A stretch of DNA of 64,000 nucleotides from the human T2T-CHM13v2.0 reference genome, Homo sapiens. Below are positions 1 through 12,051 of this stretch, piece after piece. A program made the translations under genes and the position numbers. The notes beneath the pieces were generated by a model. That model made no database searches and had not been told where the DNA came from. It saw only the letters and a list, made by a program, of their open reading frames with translations. Position 1 is the stretch's first letter. Each line of letters opens with the position of its first letter. The stretch lies in NCBI RefSeq assembly GCF_009914755.1, contig NC_060926.1; one strand, given 5' to 3'.

Positions 1-1745
1 GTATTCACAGGGGGTAAAACTATTTAGATTTGATGCTGAGGTAAGGCAGTGGAAAGAAAGGGGCTTGGGGAACTTAAAAATTCTCAAAAACGAGGTCAAT
101 GGCAAACTAAGAATGCTGATGCGAAGAGAACAAGTACTAAAAGTGTGTGCTAATCATTGGATAACGACTACAATGAACCTGAAGCCCCTCTCTGGATCAG
201 ATAGAGCATGGATGTGGTCAGCCAGTGATTTCTCTGACGGTGATGCCAAACTAGAGCGGTTGGCAGCAAAATTTAAAACACCAGAGCTGGCTGAAGAATT
301 CAAGCAGAAATTTGAGGAATGCCAGCGGCTTCTGTTAGACATACCACTTCAAACTCCCCATAAACTTGTAGATACTGGCAGAGCTGCCAAGTTAATACAG
401 AGAGCTGAAGAAATGAAGAGTGGACTGAAAGATTTCAAAACATTTTTGACAAATGATCAAACAAAAGTCACTGAGGAAGAAAATAAGGGTTCAGGTACAG
501 GTGCGGCCGGTGCCTCAGACACAACAATAAAACCCAATGCTGAAAACACTGGGCCCACATTAGAATGGGATAACTATGACTTAAGGGAAGATGCTTTGGA
601 TGATAGTGTCAGTAGTAGCTCAGTACATGCTTCTCCATTGGCAAGTAGCCCTGTGAGAAAAAATCTTTTCCGCTTTGATGAGTCAACAACAGGATCTAAC
701 TTCAGTTTTAAATCTGCTTTGAGTCTATCTAAGTCTCCTGCCAAGTTGAATCAGAGTGGGACTTCAGTTGGCACTGATGAAGAATCTGTTGTTACTCAAG
801 AAGAAGAGAGAGATGGACAGTACTTTGAACCTGTTGTTCCTTTACCTGATCTAGTTGAAGTATCCAGTGGTGAGGAAAATGAACAAGTTGTTTTTAGTCA
901 CAGGGCAGAAATCTACAGATATGATAAAGATGTTGGTCAATGGAAAGAAAGGGGCATTGGTGATATAAAGATTTTACAGAATTATGATAATAAGCAAGTT
1001 CGTATAGTGATGAGAAGGGACCAAGTATTAAAACTTTGTGCCAATCACAGAATAACTCCAGACATGAGTTTGCAAAATATGAAAGGGACAGAAAGAGTAT
1101 GGGTGTGGACTGCATGTGATTTTGCAGATGGAGAAAGAAAAGTAGAGCATTTAGCTGTTCGTTTTAAACTACAGGATGTTGCAGACTCGTTTAAGAAAAT
1201 TTTTGATGAAGCAAAAACAGCCCAGGAAAAAGATTCTTTGATAACACCTCATGTTTCTCGGTCAAGCACTCCCAGAGAGTCACCATGTGGCAAAATTGCT
1301 GTAGCTGTATTAGAAGAAACCACAAGAGAGAGGACAGATGTTATTCAGGGTGATGATGTAGCAGATGCAGCTTCAGAAGTTGAAGTGTCTAGCACATCTG
1401 AAACAACAACAAAAGCAGTGGTTTCTCCTCCAAAGTTTGTATTTGTTTCAGAGTCTGTTAAAAGAATTTTTAGTAGTGAAAAATCAAAACCATTTGCATT
1501 TGGCAACAGTTCTGCCACTGGGTCTTTGTTTAGATTTAGTTTTAATGCACCTTTGAAAAGTAACAATAGTGAAACTAGTTCAGTAGCCCAGAGTGGATCT
1601 GAAAGCAAAGTGGAACCTAAAAAATGTGAACTGTCAAAGAACTCTGATATCGAACAGTCTTCAGATAGCAAAGTCAAAAATCTCTCTGCTTCCTTTCCAA
1701 CGGAAGAATCTTCAATCAACTACACATTTAAAACACCAGAAAAGG
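1..1745 (+). CDS. RGPD5: RGPD large RANBP2-derived exon (5'-partial): C-terminal part of RanBD2, linker, RanBD3, Ser-rich region
   Basis: Open frame from nt 2 ([29 protein letters not shown]...) with two Ran-binding domain motifs (WKERG...CANH, ~1-335 and ~821-1225). Ends TPEK-G|gtaggt, donor at 1746. Paralog call (RGPD5 vs RGPD6) rests on linkage to LIMS3/4. Confidence 0.93.
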
Positions 1746-2107
1746 GTAGGTACTTTGTTGTTAAAGTTAAGCACAATTTTTCTTTCTTTTAATGTTTAGC
1801 TTGATGCAGACTCTTTGTGGGATACTAATGTTGGGATATAAACGATGCTTTGTGAACACCCCCAAAATATTTGAGCAATTTTTTTTCTCCCTTAATAAGT
1901 TCACGGTGAGGTTTCAAAGAGCAAGAGAACTTAGTTAAAGACATTTCAGTAACTGGAAGATACTTCTATCATGCTAGGGCAGAGCAAAAGAACTTGGTAC
2001 AGTGTACGGACTCATGCTTGAATCATGCGCATTAACGTGAGTCTTTTTTTAAAGTGTTCATTTTCATTTGTTCTGTTTCTTTTGTCACTCAGAAAACATG
2101 ATATTGA

Positions 2108-2428
2108 GGCTGGGCACGGTGGCTCACTCCTAGAATGCCAGCACTTTGGGAGGTTGAGGTGGGCAGATCACTTGAGCTCAGGAGTTCGAGACCAGCCTGG
2201 CCAACATGGTGAAACCCTGTTTCTACTGAAAATACAAAAATGAGCCGGGCATGGTGGTGCGTGCCTATAATTAGCAGCTACTCAGGAGGTTGAGGCAGGA
2301 GGATCGCTTGAGCACAGGAGATGGAGGTAGCAGTGAGCTGAAATCATGCCACTGCACTCCAGCCTGACTGAGTGACTGAGTGAGACTTTGTCTCCAAAAA
2401 AAACAAAAAACAAAAAACAAAAAAAAAC
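2108..2428 (+). mobile_element. Alu, full length
   Basis: ggctgggcacggtggctcac...A-rich tail; TSD aaaacatgatattga on both sides. Confidence 0.92.
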
Positions 2429-2636
2429 ATGATATTGAGATGTTCTCATTTTATGTGTTGTATGTCAGTCTTGCTCATGTATTAAATGAGCAAAGAATGA
2501 AACTACAGGGATAAATGAATATGTAAGACAGTCAGATTGGTGGTATAAATTGAGGGATTCTGGCTTTTTATGTTTTAAAAGCATATTCATTTTGTTTCCT
2601 AAAATGTTAAAAAATGAAATATTCTTTATTTTCTAG

Positions 2637-2714
2637 GATTTAATTTTAGCCTTTTTAAATCTAATCCCATGGCCTTTTGGACTAGCACCCCTTCCTCACA
2701 GCCTGAGAGCAAAG
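2637..2714 (+). CDS. RGPD5: RGPD 78-nt linker exon (GFNFSLFKSNPMAFWTSTPSSQPESK)
   Basis: Acceptor tttattttctag|GA, donor AAAG|gtatag, phase 1-1, open frame joining TPEK to EPPLW. Matches the RGPD protein sequence as I recall it. Confidence 0.88.
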
Positions 2715-3794
2715 GTATAGAACTAGCATTCTCAGTATGAGATAACAGCAGTTTTTAGCAGCTGGGTAGCCCTTAGCAAAGTATTAATTACTGTGGCTGT
2801 ATGAAATGAAGTACTTACCACTACAACATGCATGTTAAAGAATGCCAGTTTAAGCAAAGTACCTTTTGACTGGTGGCATGACACCCTTGTTGGTTTGTTT
2901 TTTAAAATGTAGTGGGATGCTGATTTGTAATGTACTTCATTGCTCTGCTATTTCAGGTCTGCTCAATGAAGACCTATGTTTTATCTAATGTTTATCTTTA
3001 GCCACTAACGTCTGCCAGTATTCACATGTAGTGGCAACGGCATGTATACAGTATGGAAGAGTGTCCCTGTAGGGCTGTTCTTTTGTGCATGGTTTAGAAA
3101 AATGTTGTATTTGAAAATGGACCCCATTTTTAACAGCCAGCATTCTACAGCTTGCATATTATATATGTTGCACAGATCATTTTTAGAAGTGTGGCTACTA
3201 GAGTGGAACAAGAAGTGGGATCTGTTGAAGGCCTTCAAGAACAGGTTAGGGAAGTGAAATCTCACCCTTAGTGACCAGTAACACATCTTAGCCATGCCAA
3301 ACAAGTACAATGATAAAGTAACAATCTCTGATTTTTTTTTAAGTATACCAGTTTTATTACCAGCTAAGGTAGCTCTTAATCTTTTATTTTAAAGATACGG
3401 TCTTTGAGAAATGTGAAAAGTGTTAACTTAAAAGTGGATGTATACTTGCGTACAGTTTCTGTGAGCTCTAGGTTAAGAATCCCTGAGCTAAGAACGAATG
3501 TGCCTATACACTACTGTAGAACATAGAGCCTTATTCTGTTTTGAATCTGATAATGTCATTGTCCCAAGGGACCTTAGAAATGAAGACTTTAGACATGAGT
3601 AAACTGAGGCCAAGAGAGGCTATCTGATTTACCCAAGGGGTCTTTACTGAGTAATAGCAGAAGTGGAACAAGAATCTGTATCTTATGGTGTACTGTTATT
3701 TCTCCTAGCTAGGAAATGATACTAAGTTTTTGTTTATAATGAAGGAGAGGGACAGATTTAACATTGTAAAAGGAAGGGCACTGGTTCTGCAGAG

Positions 3795-4308
3795 CAGTGT
3801 CATCCAATAGAAATAAAATATAACCTGTGTATGTAATTTAAAATTGTCATTTGGTGCAATGGCTTGTGCCTATAATCCCAGTTACTTGGGAGGCTGAGGC
3901 AGAGGGATCACTTGAGCCCACAAGTTCCAGGCTTCAGTGAACTATGATCACATCACTGCACTCCAGCTCTGGGTGACAAAGGTGACAAAGGAAGACCGCA
4001 TCTCAAATAAATACATAAATAAATAAATTTTCTAGTAGCCATATTAAAAAGAATAAAAAGAAACAGTTAAAAAGGGAAACAGATGAAAGTAACTTTATTG
4101 ATAGATTTGATTTAACTCATTATGTCCAAAATATCATTTTAACTTCTAATTAATATAAAAATTAACGATATTTTACATTATTGTTTTTCACCAAGTCTTC
4201 AAAATCCAGTGTGTGTGTTTACACTTACTGTTAGCATGTCTTGATTTGGACTAGCCACCTTGTGAGGTTTTAATAGAATGTGGCTAGGCTACCATATTGG
4301 ACACCATA
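3795..4308. mobile_element. MER33-like hAT-Charlie DNA transposon interrupted by an Alu monomer (~3852-4025)
   Basis: cagtgtcatccaatagaaat ... ggctaccatattggacac termini and internal ttctagtagccatatt / ggactagccac motifs. Confidence 0.7.
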
Positions 4309-5103
4309 GCTCTCAGAATGTTTCCCTGTCACCAGTTGGTATACATGGCATGCTTCATAACTGGCTTACTTTATTAAACTCCTTTAGCCAGAAGTTCTTC
4401 TTTACATTAATAGATCAGAACAGGTTGCATATAGAAGTTTTTTCTGTTTCTAATTTTTTGCCCTTTGCATTGATGGTGGCTGGGGATGGGTTGTTTTCAG
4501 CCATATGAATGGTCTTAGATTTTATAGTGTTAGCTACCCATAGAGTCACAGTTTTTATTTAATTTTATCTAGTATCATGCTTGAACACAGGCAAACTAGA
4601 TGCAACTCTAGTCACCTTCCATTCTTGGCAATTGTTAACTTTCCTTACAGGAACTAATCACAGTTGGCTTTGGATTAGTTTCATATGTATACTAATACTT
4701 GCTTATGTTTTAAGATTTTTTTCAATTGCTGCAAATGCGTGGATATTTTGGTAAACTATTGTATGCTAAGTATAGTTAGGCAACACTTTAAAATTTTTAA
4801 CCTTTTTAAATTCTAGAAATTTTGTAATTCTTTTCAATGACTATTAAGTAAACACAAGATTTTTTTTGTTTTCTTTGGTTTTAAATAGATTCTGTGTTCA
4901 CTTAGGGTTTTTGGTAGAACACTAAATCAGGATGCTAATTCTAATTCATGATTATCGTACATCTCTGCATCGAAGTATATGTGTTTTTTATCAGTATGCT
5001 GTTTTAACCTATAGATAGGTTCCATGGTTTTTATTTTCAGGTAGAGTATTAACGTCAATACTTAATACCTTATCTTTGTCAATTTTTTTGACTGGTGTTA
5101 CAG

Positions 5104-5141
5104 CAAAAGAGAAGAAAAAACCTGAAGATTCTCCCTCAGAT
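5104..5141 (+). pseudogene. Truncated remnant of the next RANBP2 exon ([13 protein letters not shown]), fused to an Alu fragment
   Basis: ttacag|CA AAA GAG AAG AAA AAA CCT GAA GAT TCT CCC TCA GAT continues TPEK in phase 1 as RANBP2 [17 protein letters not shown], then switches abruptly to Alu sequence. Confidence 0.88.
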
Positions 5142-5224
5142 AGTCTCGGTCTCCTGACCTCGTGATCCACCCGCCTCGGCCTCCCAAAGTGCTGGGATTA
5201 CAGGCATGAGCCACTGCGCCTGGC
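5142..5224 (-). mobile_element. Alu fragment (5' ~83 nt of left arm) at the fusion junction
   Basis: gtctcggtctcctgacctcgtgatccacccgcctcggcctcccaaagtgctgggattacaggcatgagccactgcgcctggc; no body, tail or TSD. Confidence 0.93.
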
Positions 5225-5933
5225 TGACACATGTCTTAATTCTGGTATTCACCAGATTTGTTTCGTGTTCTCCGTTGTTAGTCATCAAATTTGTCTACTT
5301 TTTAAATAGAAACATTAGCTAGAGCAAGGAACTTAGAAACACTCAAGCGGCACTGAATGTGTAGAATTGCATAACCAATATAGCTTCTTTGCTTTCACAT
5401 TTACAATTAGTTGGAGTTTTAGTTCAGCCGTACCCAGTATCTTCCATTCTGCTTCCAGGAAGAAATGGAAAAATGTCAGCCATGATGATGCAGTATTTTA
5501 GTAGCAAGTTGATGGTGTTTTGGTTTCCCATGGGAAATATTGTCACTGGAGCATTAGCAGCTATCGGTCACTTATTAGGGTAAAAAAGCAACTTCAGAAG
5601 AATTTAATATATGCCAAAGAATCAACAAAGGAAGTAATCAGCCAGGGCAAAGGTCGCACAAGAGATTGTAATCTAGCAATCAGCAGTGGAATAAGCAGTC
5701 AGCTTACCAGAAACCCAGGAAAATGCTTCAGAAAGGGCAGTCAGGACTAAGGCAATTTAATGAAATGCAAAATAAATGAAATCTGAAGTTTAAATAAAAA
5801 TCTAGATTACAATTCCGGTTTCTAACTCAGTTATGAGACCTTGGGCAAAGTCATTAAATTTCTCTGAACTTCAGATTTTTGGGAGTCAATAAACCAATAC
5901 ATGTCAAAGGGCCTGGTAAACTTTACAGTTTAG

Positions 5934-6229
<296 letters not shown>

Positions 6230-6646
6230 TTACAGTTTATCAGCAAACAGGAAAGTCTTGCTAGGCAATGTAATTGATTAGTTCCGTGCCCTGGATTCTG
6301 GGCTCTTAACTGTATGAGCACTGTAGGTGTGAGCAGCAACAATTAAGAAGCTGCAGAGGTAAAGGTATAAGGGCAGTGATTGAGGATGTCTACCAAGCAG
6401 ATTTCAGCAAGTGTGTTTCAAGAAGTATGCAGCAATCTGAAATACCTAATCCTGAAAAATTGCTAGAATCTAGTCTTTTAATTTTGGCCAGTATTTAGCA
6501 GTAGTTTGGCCCTCTACTCTAAATTAATAAAAAATAAGTAGTACTATATTATGAGCTGTGTTATCTAACGGTTTATCTTAGCTAGTAGCAATTAATTTAT
6601 AGCTGCTATTAAAATGACTAACGTAGTTAAAAGTTTGATGAGTAAG

Positions 6647-6950
6647 TTTTTTTTTGTTGTTTTTTTTTTTTGAGCTGGCGTCTCGCTCTGTCGCCAGGCT
6701 GGAGTGCGGTGGCGTGATCTTGGCTCACTGCAACCTCCGCCTCCTGGTTTCCAGCAATTCTCTGCCTCAGCCTCCCCAGCAGCTGGGATTACAGGCACCT
6801 GCCACCGTGCCTGGCTAATTTTTGCATTTTTAGTAGAGATAGGGTTTCACCATCTTGGCCAGGCTGGTCTTGAACTTGCTGACCTCGTGATCCACCCACC
6901 TTAGCCTCCCAAACTGCTAGGATTACAGATTTGAGCCACCACGCCCGGCC
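6647..6950 (-). mobile_element. Alu (AluS-like)
   Basis: Poly-T then antisense Alu; TSD ttgatga(g/c)taa. Confidence 0.9.
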
Positions 6951-7125
6951 TTGATGACTAAATTTTAAGAAATGTTTTAGCAATTCTTCATACACCTTTC
7001 ACTTATAGTTACTTAATTCCTCTACTCTTATCATTTGATATTTTCATTTTATTGTGTACCTCTGTAAGGCCGAATCAATAGATTTTGAACAATCTCACAC
7101 TTAACCTTTAAAAAAAATCTAATAG

Positions 7126-7320
7126 GCCCAGTTTCCTCTCAACAATCTTTGAAGAACCTTCGAGAAAGGAGAAACACAGACCTCCCGCTTCTAGACATGC
7201 ACACTGTAACCCGGGAAGAGGGAGAAGGCATGGAGACAACTGATACGGAGTCTGTGTCTTCCGCCAGCACATACACACAGTCTTTAGAGCAGCTGCTTAA
7301 CTCTCCCGAAACTAAACTTG
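7126..7320 (+). pseudogene. GCC2-derived exon (GPVSSQQSLKNLRERRNTDLPLLDMHTVTREEGEG...SPETKL), probably skipped in RGPD mRNA
   Basis: 195-nt open phase 1-1 exon matching GCC2/GCC185 just upstream of EPPLW. Acceptor aaaaaatctaatag has almost no pyrimidine tract; donor gtctgt is weak. Confidence 0.75.
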
Positions 7321-7450
7321 GTCTGTTACTCTGTCTAAATATGTTCTTCTTCTTTAATTTCACTGTCTTATTTAATTACTATTACTCTAAGGTACATATG
7401 CTTTTTTGGGCTGCTCCAATAAAATTTCTTTCAATATTCCACTACCTGTT

Positions 7451-7885
7451 TGTATTAGGGTTCTCTAGAGGGACAGAACTAATTGGATGGTTGGATGGAT
7501 GGATGGGATGGATGGATGGATGCTTATTAAGTATTACCTTACACGATCACTAGGCCATCTGCAGACTGAGGAGCAACGAGAGCCAGTCCAAGTTCCAAAA
7601 CTGAAGAACTAGGAGTCTGATGTTCAAGGGCAGGAAGCATCCAGCACAGGAGAAAGATGTAGCTTGGGAGGCTAGGCCAGTCTCGCCTTTTCAGGTTTTT
7701 CTGCCTGCTTTATATTCGCTGGCAGCTGATTAGATGGCACCTACCAGATTAAGGGTGGGTCTGCCTTCCCCAGCCCACTGACTCAAATGTTAATCCCTTT
7801 GGCAACACCCTCACAGACAACACTCAGGATTAATACTCTGCATCCTTTAATCCAATCAAGTTGACACCCAGTATTAACCATCACA
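7451..7885 (-). mobile_element. MLT2A-type (HERV-L) solo LTR with internal (GGAT)n
   Basis: tgtattagggttctctagagggacagaactaa...cagtattaaccatcaca; TG..CA ends; 5-bp TSD ctgtt/ctgtc. Confidence 0.85.
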
Positions 7886-8803
7886 CTGTCCAAATGGAAA
7901 AATTATTAAACAAATCTTTTTTAAAATAAAATGCTAGCTCTTGCCCTAGGCTTGAACCATAAATAAGTGGTGGGAAGTTTATAGTCACAAATAGGTGGTG
8001 GGTATTAGAAAGCAGGATAAACTATCCTCTCACCCTTCCAAGAAACTGACAGTTTCAGTTTATTCCTCTTGATGAAGTAATGCTAAATTTTTGTAGTGAT
8101 GTTTTGGTATATTTTATTACTTGTAATTAATATTACTGTTCAAAATTTAGGGGGAATCTGTCATCCTCCTGAAACTTCAGAATCACCTGGAGTAAGGGTC
8201 ATTTGTATTCATGGTCACTGACCACGTGGGGTAGAAACTGCAAGTCATGGTTCCTTCAGGCAAAGTTAATAGTGGTGACATGGAGGCATCATGATAGAGC
8301 AGCAGACTCCAGAAGCCAATTTGACTTTGTGATTTCTGAAAAAATTACCTGTCAACTGTGAGCCTGTTTCATCATCTGTAAAGTTTGAATAATGATACCT
8401 ACCCTGCCTGATAGAAGATTCTTATGAGGGAACATGATACGTGACCAGTAAATGTTAATGCTTTCCTTATACGTGAAATGACATAAAATCTTGGAATATT
8501 AATAGATGGGAAGAAGATGTGTAATAAAACTGTCTATAAACACAATTCTGACAAATTTCAGAACTGGGATTCATAGGGCTTTATTCAGTTAGATTACATG
8601 CTTTACAACAGAGATACTGTTTTATTTGTGTCACCTACAACATATAATCTGTTGATTGAGGTATGCTGAATAGATGAATGGCAAAGAAAGCAGACCTATA
8701 AAATATCACATAGTAAGATATTTATATTTAGATTTTTCTTATTTAGAATCTTCATCTGTAATGTATGATTTTGAAAATTAATTCTTGGAACAACATCTTG
8801 CAG

Positions 8804-8943
8804 AGCCTCCATTATGGCATGCTGAATTTACCAAAGAAGAATTGGTTCAGAAGCTCCGTTCCACCACAAAAAGTGCAGATCACTTAAACGGCCTGCTTCG
8901 GGAAATAGAGGCAACCAATGCAGTCCTTATGGAGCAAATTAAG
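8804..8943 (+). CDS. RGPD5: RGPD GCC2-derived coiled-coil exon (EPPLWHAEFTKEELVQKL...LMEQIK)
   Basis: ttgcag|AG CCT CCA ... ATT AAG|gtgaga; 140 nt, phase 1 to 0. Confidence 0.93.
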
Positions 8944-9050
8944 GTGAGATCAGAAAACCTGGCCACCGTGAAAACCGCCAGTTTGGTTTTCTGGACCCTC
9001 CATACACATGCACCCAAGTTTAAAAATTCACATTGCAGATGCATCTATAA

Positions 9051-9397
<347 letters not shown>

Positions 9398-10157
9398 AAA
9401 ATACTTCTTTTACACCTATTACATAAAGATTATTTGTTAATTCCTACTTTTCCTGAGAAACCGTAATAGATTTAGAAACTAGAGAGATGTTCACAAATCA
9501 TTGTTCACATATGCTTAAATAAAAAATGGGTGTGAGTCTTTGAATTCTAAAGATAACCAGTGAATTTAAATTATTCAACTGATATTTATAGTACTGAACT
9601 ACTAAACAGTTTCCAGGTGGAGATGGCAAAGTGGCATGGGAAGTTTTTCCTGTTTAAAGTAGACACCAGAAACATCTAGGAATGTTGCAGAACAGTTGAG
9701 GATTACTCAAATGAGGTTTTTCCACCCTGGCTCACTGATAAATCACCCCTCAGAATATAGTCATACTGCTTGTTGAGGAGTTCTTATGACCCAGGCCCTG
9801 GGCTTTACATACATTATTTAATCTCATCACTGGTTGAGAGAAAAATTGAAGCTGGTAAATGGTGGAACAAAATTCAAACTCATAGCTGTCTGAAAAGTAC
9901 ATGCTTTTCCCCTGTACTTTGCTGCTCCTAATAGATCTGTCCTGCCACTGTGCAAGGCCACTAGCTATCCTTGTCAGATTATTTTAAAGCCGAATTCAGT
10001 TATTTTCAGTAAATTGTATATATCATGACATTCCACCATTAAATACTTCAGTATGCATCTCTATAAAATAACATTTTCCCACTAATAAAAACATTATCAT
10101 AGCTAACAAATCACTAACTAGCCCAGTAAACCTAAATGACTTATTTAAATGTTATAT

Positions 10158-10556
<399 letters not shown>

Positions 10557-11150
10557 TAACTTTCTTGCCTAACCTAAAATGAAAATATACTAAAAGCTAT
10601 GGCTTGGTTTCAACCTGGAAATCTTCCTCAAAGACTTGAACATGATATTACCTTTTTTATATTGTTCTTTGCCTCATTTCTCTGATAGTGTTTTACATTG
10701 TCTTATATTCCTGAATTTTCACTGTGTCTGAACTTTTGTTTTGATTAAGTGCCGTTCACTGTGGACGTCTTAACTGCCTGGGACTTTAGGAACAGGGTAG
10801 GGGCAGGGGGTTAGTGGAGGCTGCCGATGTTCCCCTCAGCCCATTTTCAGAGCCCCATGCCATACTGGCTTAGTTTCTATCGAAAGTAGAAGGCAGAGGG
10901 AACATCTTGGTACCAACCCATGGCTCCAGTTAGTTGCTCCTCATGGAGACGTTCCATCAGTTCCCCAGCTTTCAACTCCATTTCCATGATACCCTGTGCT
11001 TCTGAGACAAGAACCCCAGTATTTACACAGGATGCATCCTCTCCTCTTGTCAGTGATACTTGGTAAGCTGCTGGACTGACTCATTTCCACCTCTTCATCT
11101 GTTTCTCGTGAGAATTTCTTGATGTGTCTCATCTACTTTTTCTCCTCTTG

Positions 11151-11389
11151 TATTAGCTTGTTGCTTTTCTACTTCGCCCCTCTTCCTTCCAACCCCAAAT
11201 AGCTTAGGACAATGGAGTCCTATAGCCCAACACTTGTTTCATATGCAGCAATCCACTTTCTAGGCAAATGCAGCTTTGAAACTATCTCATAGTTGGAGTT
11301 CCGGTTTTCATGTCAAATGGATTTTATACGGTGATGTCATAAACTCCTTTGAAATGCTTCACATGCAGCTGCTGTAGTTAACTGAATTC
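11151..11389 (+). repeat. Copy 1 of a ~240-bp diverged local direct repeat
   Basis: tattagcttgttgcttttctacttc...tagttaactgaattc recurs at 12052-12596. Confidence 0.9.
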
Positions 11390-11518
11390 CTTCCTTTATT
11401 GCCATATGGAGGGAAGGGGGAAATTTGGGGGGAAGAGAAGAAAAATACATGAGTTCAGTCTGCCATATTTAATCAGAAGCTCCTAAAGCCCATTTTTAAC
11501 TCATTTCTCTAACACCAG

Positions 11519-11720
11519 CTTCTCAAAAGTGAAATAAGAAGATTGGAAAGGAATCAAGAGCGAGAGAAGTCTGCAGCTAACCTGGAATACTTGAAGAACG
11601 TCTTGCTGCAGTTCATTTTCTTGAAACCAGGTAGTGAAAGAGAGAGACTTCTTCCTGTTATAAATACGATGTTGCAGCTCAGCCCTGAAGAAAAGGGAAA
11701 ACTTGCTGCGGTTGCTCAAG
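11519..11720 (+). CDS. RGPD5: RGPD GRIP-domain exon (LLKSEIRRLERNQEREKSAANLEYLKNVLLQFIF...LAAVAQ)
   Basis: caccag|CTT CTC ... CAA G|gtgggt; 202 nt. Contains the GRIP signature EYLKNVLLQF...LLPVINTMLQLSPEE. Confidence 0.95.
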
Positions 11721-12051
11721 GTGGGTAAAAGGAGAGTCTCAGAACTTCTGACTTCTAACTTAAACTAAACAGCCTGGTGGTTGAGAAGTTGTCTGTATGT
11801 GTAACTTTTCAATTTTGCTCATTTGAATTGGGTCTGTCATATGAGTAGGCCGTGACTAGATTTGAAAAGCTGACTTTTTAACATCTTGAGGCAACTGTAG
11901 TACATTTATATAATTTTAACGTTCAGCAAAATACAATAAGTGCTTAGCTTGATCTTCTAGCTCTTTGAAAATTGGATTTTTATCCTGGTGTTGAGTTCTG
12001 GTGTTCAGCTGAACGTGGTTTTGTTTTAAATTCTACTTTTTAAAAAACATT

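Noticed and set aside
65-1792. 575-aa ORF as a standalone gene
   Set aside because: It is an internal exon: the frame is open upstream of the TTG start, and the last ~15 codons are read-through into the intron after the donor at 1746.
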